Of a stretch of 20,000 nt of DNA, positions 1 through 7,971 are shown piece by piece; within the stretch, counting starts at the first letter, position 1; every line of letters begins with the position of its first letter. The position numbers and the translations under genes are program-made. The DNA lies in the sequence record SRR20825006_189; one strand, 5' to 3'. The notes beneath the pieces were generated by a model that was not told the DNA's origin, made no database searches, and saw only the letters and a list, made by a program, of their open reading frames with translations.

Positions 1-2
1 TG

Positions 3-956
3 ACCGGACTGAATCTGTTGGAAATGACCGGCTTGTCCTGGTTGCTGACCCGAAAAATGGCGGCACGATCAGTCAAAGTGATGGGGCTGGAGTTCCCCAA
101 TGCCGTTGGACTCGCTGCCGGTCTGGATAAAAATGGTGACTATATTGAAGCTATGTCGGCACTGGGATTTGGCTTTGTCGAGATTGGCACCGTCACACCA
201 CGGCCACAGCCGGGTAACCCCAAGCCGAGATTGTTCCGCATTCCCGAAGCCGAAGGCATTATTAACCGTATGGGATTTAATAACCTTGGTGTTGACCATT
301 TGCTGGAACAGGTCAAAGCGGCCAGAACTAAAAGCCTGGTCGGCATCAACATCGGCAAAAACTTTGATACACCGGTCGAAAACGCGGTCGATGACTATCT
401 GATCGGTTTCAACAAGGTCTATCCCTTCGCCGATTATGTGACAATCAATATCTCTTCACCCAACACGCCCGGTTTGCGCAGCCTGCAGTTCGGAGAATCA
501 CTGGACGCGCTGTTATCGGCATTAAAGCAGGCGCAAACAGCCCTGGCAGAACAGCATGGTCGTTATGTGCCGATGGCGGTCAAAGTCGCGCCCGATCTGA
601 CTGCAGAAGAAGTACGGCAACTGGCCGAGGCTTTTTCTTCACACCGGGTTGATGCGGTGATTGCCACTAATACGACGATGTCCCGGGATGAAGTGGCAGG
701 TTTAGCCAATGCAGAGGAGGCGGGCGGCCTCAGTGGTGCTCCCGTATTTGAAAGATCCACTGACATTGTCCGCCAGTTTCGTGCCGCATTGCCTGAAGAC
801 TTGCCGATCATTGCGGCAGGTGGAATCATGTGCGGTGAAGATGCGCTGGCGAAACTGGAAGCCGGCGCCGCCCTGGTTCAGATATACAGTGGTTTGATAT
901 ACCGCGGACCTTCTCTGGTAAGAGAAGTCGTAGAAACAATCGCAAAGAGGAACTGA
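3..956 (+). CDS. pyrD: Quinone-dependent dihydroorotate dehydrogenase (class 2), 5' end truncated by the window edge
   Basis: Class 2 DHODH motifs [58 protein letters not shown]. The frame is open back to position 3 and the N-terminal helix segment is missing, so the real start is upstream of the window. Confidence 0.97.
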   Translation, partial: TGLNLLEMTGLSWLLTRKMAARSVKVMGLEFPNAVGLAAGLDKNGDYIEAMSALGFGFVEIGTVTPRPQPGNPKPRLFRIPEAEGIINRMGFNNLGVDHLLEQVKAARTKSLVGINIGKNFDTPVENAVDDYLIGFNKVYPFADYVTINISSPNTPGLRSLQFGESLDALLSALKQAQTALAEQHGRYVPMAVKVAPDLTAEEVRQLAEAFSSHRVDAVIATNTTMSRDEVAGLANAEEAGGLSGAPVFERSTDIVRQFRAALPEDLPIIAAGGIMCGEDALAKLEAGAALVQIYSGLIYRGPSLVREVVETIAKRN

Positions 957-957
957 A

Positions 958-1761
958 ATGGAAACTGCTGCAGGTAGTGTTGTTGGATTCTGGTTGATGA
1001 ATATTCTTTACGCGGCACTGATCGTGTTTGTTGGTCGTGTGGTCGTTAAGTGGCTGGTCAAACTGTCGCGTAAATTGATGGTTCGCAACAATATGGATGC
1101 GATGCTGATCAATTTCCTCAGTGTTATTGCCAATGCGGTGCTGATGCTGTTTGTATTGATTGCCGCCCTCGATCAACTCGGTGTCGATACCACCTCCATG
1201 ATCGCTGTGCTCGGTGCCGCCGGTCTGGCTATCGGTCTGGCGCTGAAAGACTCCTTACAGAACTTTGCTGCCGGTGTGATGCTGGTCATGTTCCGACCGT
1301 TCAAAGTCGGTGATTTCGTGGAAGCAGCCGGCACCAGCGGCATCATTGAACAAATCACCATTTTCAATACGATTATGAGAACCGGTGATAACCGCGAAGT
1401 GATTGTGCCTAATGGTCAGATTTATGCTGATACCATCACCAATTACTCGGCACGTGATACCCGTCGGATCGATATGAGCTTCGGTATTGGTTACGGCGAT
1501 GACCTGTTGAAAGCCAAGAATCTGCTTAATGATATTGTGAAGGGCCATCCCAAAGTGCATGCTGATCCCGAGCCGGTTATCCGGGTTGCTGAACTGGCCG
1601 ACAGCAGTGTCAATTTTGATGTACGTCCCTGGGTTAATGCAGATGATTACTGGCCGGTGCGTTCAGAGCTGATTGAACAAATCAAACTCGCTTTTGATGA
1701 GAATGGTATATCAATCCCCTTTCCGCAAATGGATGTACACTTGAATAAACTGGAAAGCTGA
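958..1761 (+). CDS. mscS: Small-conductance mechanosensitive channel MscS
   Basis: Three hydrophobic segments, pore helix AVLGAAGLAIGLALKDSLQNFAAG, FRPFKVGDFVE, VPNG, TNYS..DTRRID and C-terminal ISIPFPQMDVH. AGAGGA RBS lies inside the end of pyrD; ATG is 1 nt after the pyrD stop. Confidence 0.93.
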   Translation: METAAGSVVGFWLMNILYAALIVFVGRVVVKWLVKLSRKLMVRNNMDAMLINFLSVIANAVLMLFVLIAALDQLGVDTTSMIAVLGAAGLAIGLALKDSLQNFAAGVMLVMFRPFKVGDFVEAAGTSGIIEQITIFNTIMRTGDNREVIVPNGQIYADTITNYSARDTRRIDMSFGIGYGDDLLKAKNLLNDIVKGHPKVHADPEPVIRVAELADSSVNFDVRPWVNADDYWPVRSELIEQIKLAFDENGISIPFPQMDVHLNKLES

Positions 1762-1798
1762 AATCAATAATCGGGTTTCAGCCTGAAAGGAGGCTGCT

Positions 1799-2275
1799 AT
1801 GAAGATAACCCTGTTAATGACAACGGCATTGCTGGCACTGAGCGTGTCAGGTTGTGCCGACAGAGCATCGGTGGTTTACGCTGATGGCCGTGACTATCGG
1901 GGTGGCCCTCCGCCACATGCACCGGCACATGGTTATCGAGCCAAACATCAGCGACACAACATGGTGTATGACTCCCGGCTGGGGGCATACATCGTGCTGG
2001 GCTACGATGATCATTATTACAATGATGGCTGGTATTTCCGTTACCGCGATGGTTTATGGCAGATCAATGCAGATTTGAGAGACCGCGATTGGCGAGATGT
2101 CGATCATTACCGCGTTCCGGAAGGTTTGCGCTACAGCAAACACGGCTACCGTGATCGCGACTATGAAGATCGTGGCCGCGACAACAAGGATAAAAACCGT
2201 GGGCGTGGTTACAAGGATCGTGATGAGCATCCAGGCCAAGGTCGCGGACCTAATACAGATGACGATTGGGATTAA
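1799..2275 (+). CDS. Uncharacterised lipoprotein with GPPPHAPAHGYR motif, Tyr/Trp-rich core and R/D/G-rich low-complexity tail
   Basis: Strong AGGAGG RBS at 1788-1793. Signal peptide MKITLLMTTALLALSVSG-C with lipobox Cys19. Fills the gap between mscS and gloB. Confidence 0.8.
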   Translation: MKITLLMTTALLALSVSGCADRASVVYADGRDYRGGPPPHAPAHGYRAKHQRHNMVYDSRLGAYIVLGYDDHYYNDGWYFRYRDGLWQINADLRDRDWRDVDHYRVPEGLRYSKHGYRDRDYEDRGRDNKDKNRGRGYKDRDEHPGQGRGPNTDDDWD

Positions 2276-3042
2276 AAGTTGTCTTTCCACTCTCTGAGTG
2301 CAGCAAATACGGATTCATCGCTATCCAGAGAACGGCTGCTGAAGGTTTCAGCTGCCGTTTTGATATGAGACAGGTGGCTACGCAGGAAGGGGTTGGTGGC
2401 CAGTTCATCGGCCATCAGTGAAGGAATGGTGCGCTTTCCCTGCTCTCGCAATAGCCGGGTCTCATTGCTTCGTTGCTGTAACGCCGGATTGTCTTTTTCC
2501 ACCGCCCGGGCAAAACGCAGATTGGCCTCGGTATATTCATGGGCGCAATAGACTTCAGTATTGCCCGGCAGTTGTTTCAGTTGCTTCAGAGACTGAAACA
2601 GCTGTTCAGCACTGCCGCCAAGCAGCCTGCCGCAGCCGCCGGCAAAGAGGGTATCACCACAGAAGAGTTTGTTCTCCACCAGAAAGCAGATATGGCCCTG
2701 GGTATGCCCCGGGGTCTCCAGTACACGGAATAGCGGAAAGTCCGGATCGACCTCCAGTTCGTCAGTGGCTTTCAGGGGATGATTGATCGCCGGGATTTGT
2801 TCATCAGCCGGGCCGAACACCGGTACCGGGTAGGTTTCCAGCAAAGCTTCGACGCCACCGATATGATCGGCATGGTGGTGGGTAAGCAGAATCGCAGCCG
2901 GCGTCAGATCCTTTTGTTTCAGGGCCTCGAATACGGGCTTGGCATCACCGGGGTCGACAATCAGTACCTTGCGGCTGTCTTCTGCCTGAATCAGCCAGAT
3001 ATAATTATCTTTGAATGCGTTGACGGCGTGGACTATAAGCAT
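2272..3042 (-). CDS. gloB: Hydroxyacylglutathione hydrolase (glyoxalase II)
   Basis: AFKDNYIW, VDPGDA, THHHADHIGG metallo-beta-lactamase motif, TPGHT, LFCGDTLFAGGCGR, CAHEYT, ELATNPFLR and terminal ALREWKDNF. Start moved to the ATG at 3042 because GGAGG precedes it and it matches the usual GloB N-terminus. Confidence 0.96.
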   Translation of the reverse strand: MLIVHAVNAFKDNYIWLIQAEDSRKVLIVDPGDAKPVFEALKQKDLTPAAILLTHHHADHIGGVEALLETYPVPVFGPADEQIPAINHPLKATDELEVDPDFPLFRVLETPGHTQGHICFLVENKLFCGDTLFAGGCGRLLGGSAEQLFQSLKQLKQLPGNTEVYCAHEYTEANLRFARAVEKDNPALQQRSNETRLLREQGKRTIPSLMADELATNPFLRSHLSHIKTAAETFSSRSLDSDESVFAALREWKDNF

Positions 3043-3067
3043 AAAACCTCCCGGATGGGACAATAAC

Positions 3068-3802
3068 ATGAATCACTTAGACAGCAAGGATATTGAACAC
3101 TGGTGGCAAAGCCCGCTGGGCCAGCTACTGCTGACGGTTGAACGCGAGACGGTCAGTCAGCTTGATGAGCCGTTACCCGGCTATTTTTTTGTGCAGATCG
3201 GTGGCAATGAGTCCTGCCTGCCCGTCGTCACTAACCGTGCCTGCAGTCAGTGGCGAGTTGGCACGACGGCTGACTTGCAGGCGGAGCCGGAATCGCTGCC
3301 ATTCAGATCCAATAGTATAGACAACCTGCTCTTGCAGCATGTTCTCGAGCGTTCCCGCGATCCCCACCAACTTCTAAGAGAGGCGGAAAGAGTGCTGGCG
3401 GCCGATGGCAAGCTGATCCTCTGCTGTTTTAACCCCTTCAGTCTGTGGGGGCTGCGCCGTCTATTTTCTTGGCAGGACAGCCCGCCCTGGGACGGTCACT
3501 ATTTCAGTCAGACCCGCATCCGCGACTGGCTGGCCCTGCTCAATTTCGAAGTGACCGAACATCATAAAATGCTGTTCAGGCCCCCGTTCAGACATTCGCG
3601 CTGGCTGCAGGGCTGCCTGTTTATGGAGCGCTGGGGACGGCGATTATGGCCCTGGCTGGGTGGTGTTTCTGTTATGGTAGCGGCCAAACGCACCATTCCG
3701 CTGACCCCGGTCAGGGAAAACTGGCGCAAACGAAGGCTGTTCCCGACGCCGGGACTGGTTAACAAACCCCTTACCCGAGAACACAGTAATGGACCACGTT
3801 GA
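3068..3802 (+). CDS. yafS: YafS-like class I SAM-dependent methyltransferase-fold protein
   Basis: [49 protein letters not shown] and [12 protein letters not shown] motifs. Conserved position divergent from gloB and upstream of rnhA. ATG at 3068 preferred over TTG 3011, which would overlap gloB. Confidence 0.85.
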   Translation: MNHLDSKDIEHWWQSPLGQLLLTVERETVSQLDEPLPGYFFVQIGGNESCLPVVTNRACSQWRVGTTADLQAEPESLPFRSNSIDNLLLQHVLERSRDPHQLLREAERVLAADGKLILCCFNPFSLWGLRRLFSWQDSPPWDGHYFSQTRIRDWLALLNFEVTEHHKMLFRPPFRHSRWLQGCLFMERWGRRLWPWLGGVSVMVAAKRTIPLTPVRENWRKRRLFPTPGLVNKPLTREHSNGPR

Positions 3803-4229
3803 AATTTTCACTGACGGCGCCTGCAGCGGCAATCCCGGCCCCGGTGGCTGGGGTGCGATATTACGTGCCAGGGGTATGGAAAAAGAGCTCTCCGGCAGTG
3901 AAAAACAGACCACCAATAACCGTATGGAAATGATGGCAGTGATTGCCGCGCTGGAAGCATTGAAGCGCCCCTGCCGTGTTACCATAACGACCGACTCACA
4001 ATACGTGATGAAGGGCATGACCGAATGGCTGCCGGGCTGGAAAACCAGGAACTGGAAGACAGCGGCAAAAAAGCCGGTTAAAAATGCCGAACTGTGGCAA
4101 CGGCTGGATAAAGCGATTGCGCCGCACGAAGTCAAATGGGAATGGGTGCGGGGCCATAACGGCCATCCGGAAAATGAGCGTGCCGATCAACTGGCGGTAG
4201 CCGCCAGAGAAAAGCTGACAGTGTCGTAG
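3789..4229 (+). CDS. rnhA: Ribonuclease HI
   Basis: [65 protein letters not shown]. Overlaps the yafS-like gene by 14 nt. Confidence 0.98.
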   Translation: MDHVEIFTDGACSGNPGPGGWGAILRARGMEKELSGSEKQTTNNRMEMMAVIAALEALKRPCRVTITTDSQYVMKGMTEWLPGWKTRNWKTAAKKPVKNAELWQRLDKAIAPHEVKWEWVRGHNGHPENERADQLAVAAREKLTVS

Positions 4230-4245
4230 ACGAGGATCCTCCGCC

Positions 4246-4983
4246 GTGGCAGAAACCATTCAGAAAAGACAGGTCATACTGGATACCGAAACCACTGGTA
4301 TCAGCACCGCCGACGATCATCGCATCATCGAAATCGGTTGTGTGGAAATGGTGGGCCGCCGTCTCACCGGCCAGACTTTTCATCAGTATATTAATCCGCA
4401 GCGCGAGATTGATGCAGGCGCGATTGAAGTGCATGGCATCACCAATAAGTTTCTGGCCGACAAACCGCTGTTTGCCGATATTGCCGAAGACTTTCTGCGT
4501 TTTATCGACGGGGCAGAACTGATTATCCATAACGCGCCGTTCGATGTCGGCTTTATCGACCATGAATTAGCTAAACTGGATGGCGAATCGCGCCGCGTAA
4601 ATACCATCGCCAGCGTCCTTGATACGCTCAAAATGGCTCGTGACAAGCATCCGGGGCAGAAGAACAGTCTGGATGCCTTATGCAAACGCTATGAGGTAGA
4701 CAACTCTAACCGGGAACTGCACGGCGCCCTGCTTGATGCTGAAATTCTTGCCGATGTCTATCTGGCGATGACCGGTGGTCAGGTCAGCCTGACGCTGACT
4801 GCCGAAGCAGTGGCGGAGACGGTTTCAGAAAACAAAAGCGACGCCGGTCTGGGACAGATAAAGACACGACAGCCACTGACCGTGCTCAGGGCCACAGACG
4901 AAGAACTGGCAGCGCACCAGGCGATGCTGGAAAAGGTCAATGAATCCAGTGGCGGCAACTGTGTCTGGCTGACAAAAGAATAA
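4246..4983 (+). CDS. dnaQ: DNA polymerase III epsilon subunit (3'-5' proofreading exonuclease)
   Basis: ExoI LDTETTG, ExoII IHNAPFDVGF, ExoIII LHGALLDAEILA, clamp-binding MTGGQVSL and C-terminal ATDEELAAH. GTG start with GAGGA upstream. Confidence 0.97.
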   Translation: MAETIQKRQVILDTETTGISTADDHRIIEIGCVEMVGRRLTGQTFHQYINPQREIDAGAIEVHGITNKFLADKPLFADIAEDFLRFIDGAELIIHNAPFDVGFIDHELAKLDGESRRVNTIASVLDTLKMARDKHPGQKNSLDALCKRYEVDNSNRELHGALLDAEILADVYLAMTGGQVSLTLTAEAVAETVSENKSDAGLGQIKTRQPLTVLRATDEELAAHQAMLEKVNESSGGNCVWLTKE

Positions 4984-4985
4984 GC

Positions 4986-5171
4986 ATCCACAGATTTCGC
5001 CGATTTCGCAGATTAAAAACCGTCGGGCACGCTTCACAGAATTGAGCCACTATTCTTGCCAGCAGATGCGGGTCTGGGAGTTTCCTCTCTCCTCATAGGA
5101 ACATACCGGAACTTCCAGGCTGGTACTGATCGCCTTCAACTTATCTGCGCTCATCTGCGTAATCTGCGGAT
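4986..5171. repeat. 186-bp MITE-like element with imperfect terminal inverted repeats made of three ~9-nt tandem units
   Basis: Left arm 4986-5013 ATCCACAGATTTCGCCGATTTCGCAGAT; right arm 5143-5171 ATCTGCGCTCATCTGCGTAATCTGCGGAT. The reverse complement of the left arm matches the right arm at 23 of 28-29 positions by manual alignment. Confidence 0.7.
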
Positions 5172-5207
5172 ACAAACTTTTTCCACTGAAATTTTCAATC
5201 AGATCGG

Positions 5208-5235
5208 CTTGAAATTGAATTTTTCGTCCCCAAGT
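5208..5235 (+). promoter_or_regulatory. Sigma32 (RpoH) heat-shock promoter of grpE
   Basis: CTTGAA (5208-5213), 14-nt spacer, CCCCAAGT (5228-5235); matches the RpoH consensus CTTGAA-N13/14-CCCCATNT with one mismatch, directly upstream of a heat-shock gene. Confidence 0.8.
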
Positions 5236-5271
5236 TGGGGTTCTGTTACAAGCAAACCGGAATGATGACTC

Positions 5272-5823
5272 ATGAGCAACGAAGAAATCGAAAAACCTGA
5301 AGACAATCAGGAACAGGAAACGGCCAATGATTCAGAACAGCAAGCCCAGCCGGAAGCGGAACAGGATACGGCCAAGCTGCTTGAGGATGCACGCAACAAG
5401 GCTGATGAGCACTGGAACGAACTGTTAATGGCCCGGGCAGATCTGGAAAATATGCGTCGTCGCCATGCCCGTGATCTGGAAAATGCGCACAAACACGCGC
5501 TGGACAAGTTCGTTGCCGAACTGCTGCCTATCTGCGACAGCCTTGAACTGGGTCTGAGCGCAGCACATAAAGACGAGGCAACGCTGGAAACCGTACGTGA
5601 AGGCATGGACATGACCCTGAAAATGCTGCTGGGCAATATCGGCAAACTGGGTCTTGAGCAGATTAATCCCGAAGGTGAAGCCTTCAATCCCGACCTGCAC
5701 CAGGCCGTGTCGATGCAACCTGCTGACGGTGTCGAAGCCAATCAGGTTATCAGCGTGATGCAAAAAGGCTATGCCTTTAACGGCCGCGTAATTCGTCCGG
5801 CGATGGTCGTGGTTTCGCAATAA
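5272..5823 (+). CDS. grpE: Nucleotide exchange factor GrpE
   Basis: Acidic disordered N-terminus, RADLENMRRR, ELLPICDSLE, FNPDLHQAV, VMQKGY..NGRVIRPAMVVVS; directly upstream of dnaK. Confidence 0.97.
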   Translation: MSNEEIEKPEDNQEQETANDSEQQAQPEAEQDTAKLLEDARNKADEHWNELLMARADLENMRRRHARDLENAHKHALDKFVAELLPICDSLELGLSAAHKDEATLETVREGMDMTLKMLLGNIGKLGLEQINPEGEAFNPDLHQAVSMQPADGVEANQVISVMQKGYAFNGRVIRPAMVVVSQ

Positions 5824-5835
5824 ATCGCTTGGGGA

Positions 5836-5863
5836 CTTGAAATTACTGAATTGTCCCCCAAAT
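5836..5863 (+). promoter_or_regulatory. Sigma32 (RpoH) heat-shock promoter of dnaK
   Basis: CTTGAA (5836-5841), 14-nt spacer, CCCCAAAT (5856-5863); same architecture as the grpE promoter. Confidence 0.82.
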
Positions 5864-5917
5864 AAACGAACATAGGCTGATAAAGCCGGTAACAGATAAG
5901 AATGATGGAGTTTAACT

Positions 5918-7831
5918 ATGGGTAAAATTATTGGTATCGACCTGGGAACGACCAATTCCTGCGTCGCAGTAATGGAAGACGGTAAAGCACGTGTGATCGA
6001 AAACAGTGAAGGCGATCGCACCACCCCGTCTATCGTTGCTTTCACCAAAGACAACGAAGTGCTGGTTGGTCAATCTGCCAAACGTCAGGCCGTGACCAAT
6101 CCCAAAAACACCTTGTACGGTATCAAACGTCTGATCGGTCGTAAGTTTAAAGAGAAAGTCGTTCAGCGCGATATCGACATGGTTCCTTACAAAATTATCG
6201 AAGCGGACAACGGCGATGCCTGGGTCACTGTCAACGATAAAAAAATGGCACCGCCTGAAATTTCTGCCCGCGTTCTGATGAAAATGAAGAAAACCGCGGA
6301 AGAATTCCTCGGTGAAGAAGTGACCGAAGCGGTCGTAACCGTTCCGGCTTACTTCAACGACTCTCAACGTCAGGCGACCAAGGATGCCGGTAAAATCGCC
6401 GGTCTGGAAGTCAAACGTATTATCAACGAACCGACTGCTGCGGCCCTGGCTTATGGCATGGACAAAAAACGCGGTGACTCTACCGTCGTGGTCTATGACC
6501 TGGGTGGTGGTACTTTCGACGTCTCTATCATTGAGATTGCCGACATCGAAGGTGAGCACCAGTTTGAAGTGCTGGCGACCAATGGTGATACTTTCCTGGG
6601 TGGTGAAGACTTTGACCAACGCATCATTGACTACCTTGTTGATGAGTTCAAGAAAGACCAGGGCGTGGATCTGGCTAAAGACCCACTGGCGCTGCAACGT
6701 CTGAAAGATGCGGCGGAAAAAGCCAAGATCGAGCTTTCTTCAAGCCAGCAAACCGATATCAACCTGCCGTACATCACGGCGGATGCCAATGGTCCCAAAC
6801 ACATGGAACTGCGCCTGACCCGCGCCAAGCTGGAATCACTGGTTGAAGAACTGATTACCCGCAGCATGGAACCTTGCAAGATGGCATTGAAAGATGCCGG
6901 CCTGTCGATTTCGGAAATTGATGACGTTATCCTGGTTGGTGGTCAAACCCGTATGCCGAAAGTGCAGGAAGCAGTGAAGGAAATGTTCGGCAAAGAGCCG
7001 CGCAAAGACGTCAACCCGGACGAAGCCGTCGCGATGGGTGCTTCTATCCAGGCCGCTGTTCTGGCCGGTGACGTTAAAGACGTATTGCTGCTTGACGTGA
7101 CCCCGCTGAGCCTGGGTATCGAAACCATGGGCGGTGTGATGACCAAGCTGGTTGAGAAAAACACCACCATCCCGACCAAAGCGAATCAGGTGTTCTCGAC
7201 TGCGGAAGACAACCAGCCTGCGGTGACCATTCACGTGCTGCAGGGTGAGCGCGAAATGGCTTCGGCCAACAAATCTCTGGGTCGTTTTGACCTGGCTGAT
7301 ATTCCGCCGGCGCCACGCGGCGTGCCGCAGATTGAAGTGACCTTCAATATCGACGCCAACGGTATTCTGCATGTGTCTGCCAAAGACAAGGCAACCGGTA
7401 AGGAACAGTCGATTGTCATCAAGGCTTCAAGCGGTCTGAGTGACGACGAAGTCGAGCAAATGGTGAAAGACGCCGAAGCCCATGCCGAGGAAGATAAGCG
7501 CTTCCACGAGCTGGTCACGGCACGTAACCAGGCTGACGCGTTGATTCATGCGACTACCAAGTCACTGAAAGATCTGGGCGATAAAGTCGAAGCTGACGAG
7601 AAAGCGAACATCGAGTCTGCCGTTGAAGCACTGCAGGAAGCGATCAAGGGCGAAGACAAAGACGATATCGAAGCCAAGACCAACGCGCTGAGTGAAGCGT
7701 CTGCCAAACTGGCTGAGCGGGCTTACGCTGAAAACGCCGAAGCCGGTGAAGGTGCCGCTGACAATGAACAGTCAGGCGACGATGTTGTCGATGCCGAGTT
7801 CGAAGAAGTCGACGACGACAAGAAGAAATAA
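5918..7831 (+). CDS. dnaK: Molecular chaperone DnaK (Hsp70)
   Basis: [52 protein letters not shown], linker [15 protein letters not shown] and C-terminal DAEFEEV. GGAG RBS. Confidence 0.99.
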   Translation: MGKIIGIDLGTTNSCVAVMEDGKARVIENSEGDRTTPSIVAFTKDNEVLVGQSAKRQAVTNPKNTLYGIKRLIGRKFKEKVVQRDIDMVPYKIIEADNGDAWVTVNDKKMAPPEISARVLMKMKKTAEEFLGEEVTEAVVTVPAYFNDSQRQATKDAGKIAGLEVKRIINEPTAAALAYGMDKKRGDSTVVVYDLGGGTFDVSIIEIADIEGEHQFEVLATNGDTFLGGEDFDQRIIDYLVDEFKKDQGVDLAKDPLALQRLKDAAEKAKIELSSSQQTDINLPYITADANGPKHMELRLTRAKLESLVEELITRSMEPCKMALKDAGLSISEIDDVILVGGQTRMPKVQEAVKEMFGKEPRKDVNPDEAVAMGASIQAAVLAGDVKDVLLLDVTPLSLGIETMGGVMTKLVEKNTTIPTKANQVFSTAEDNQPAVTIHVLQGEREMASANKSLGRFDLADIPPAPRGVPQIEVTFNIDANGILHVSAKDKATGKEQSIVIKASSGLSDDEVEQMVKDAEAHAEEDKRFHELVTARNQADALIHATTKSLKDLGDKVEADEKANIESAVEALQEAIKGEDKDDIEAKTNALSEASAKLAERAYAENAEAGEGAADNEQSGDDVVDAEFEEVDDDKKK

Positions 7832-7904
7832 TCCTGTGAGTCCGGCCTGGTGATGGGATAAATGGTATGTCTACCCGTTTAAGCCTCACCCTCGCCGGAC
7901 AGGA
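7832..7904 (+). other. Long imperfect stem-loop immediately after the dnaK stop
   Basis: Nested complementary blocks TCCTG/CAGGA, TCCGGC/GCCGGA, GTGA/TCAC and an inner AAATGGTA/TACCCGTTT. Confidence 0.55.
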
Positions 7905-7914
7905 CTAACAAGAC

Positions 7915-7955
7915 AAACAGGCGTCTGGTCGGACCGGCGCCTGTTTTGTTGTTTT
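7915..7955 (+). terminator. Intrinsic terminator/attenuator-like hairpin between dnaK and dnaJ
   Basis: AAACAGGCG (7915-7923) pairs with CGCCTGTTT (7938-7946) around a further GC-rich inner stem, followed by a U-rich tract TTTTGTTGTTTT. Confidence 0.65.
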
Positions 7956-7971
7956 GGGGAAAACAAGAAGC

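Noticed and set aside
3011-3069. ORF-track extended starts for gloB (3069) and the methyltransferase (3011), which make the genes overlap head-to-head
   Set aside because: RBS position and family N-termini favour ATG 3042 and ATG 3068; the overlap is an artefact of longest-ORF calling.
4232-4241. Palindrome GAGGATCCTC over the dnaQ RBS
   Set aside because: Only a 3-bp stem is possible with a viable loop, too weak to claim translational control.
4986-5171. CRISPR array interpretation of the short repeats
   Set aside because: Units are 9-10 nt, directly adjacent and inverted between the two ends; there are no unique spacers and no cas genes.
4984-5200. tRNA gene after dnaQ (a tRNA follows dnaQ in E. 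coli)
   Set aside because: No T-arm GTTCGA-type motif with a cloverleaf and acceptor stem on either strand.
5056-5265. 69-aa ORF upstream of grpE as a functional gene
   Set aside because: TTG start with no RBS, and it runs through the repeat arm and the sigma32 promoter. Considered only as a possible relic (see findings).
5912-7372. Long antisense ORFs opposite dnaK (5912-6697, 6836-7372, also 5425-6054)
   Set aside because: Antisense open frames opposite dnaK are a well-known by-product of codon bias (often mis-annotated as NAD-specific glutamate dehydrogenase). They fully overlap a certain gene and have no independent support.
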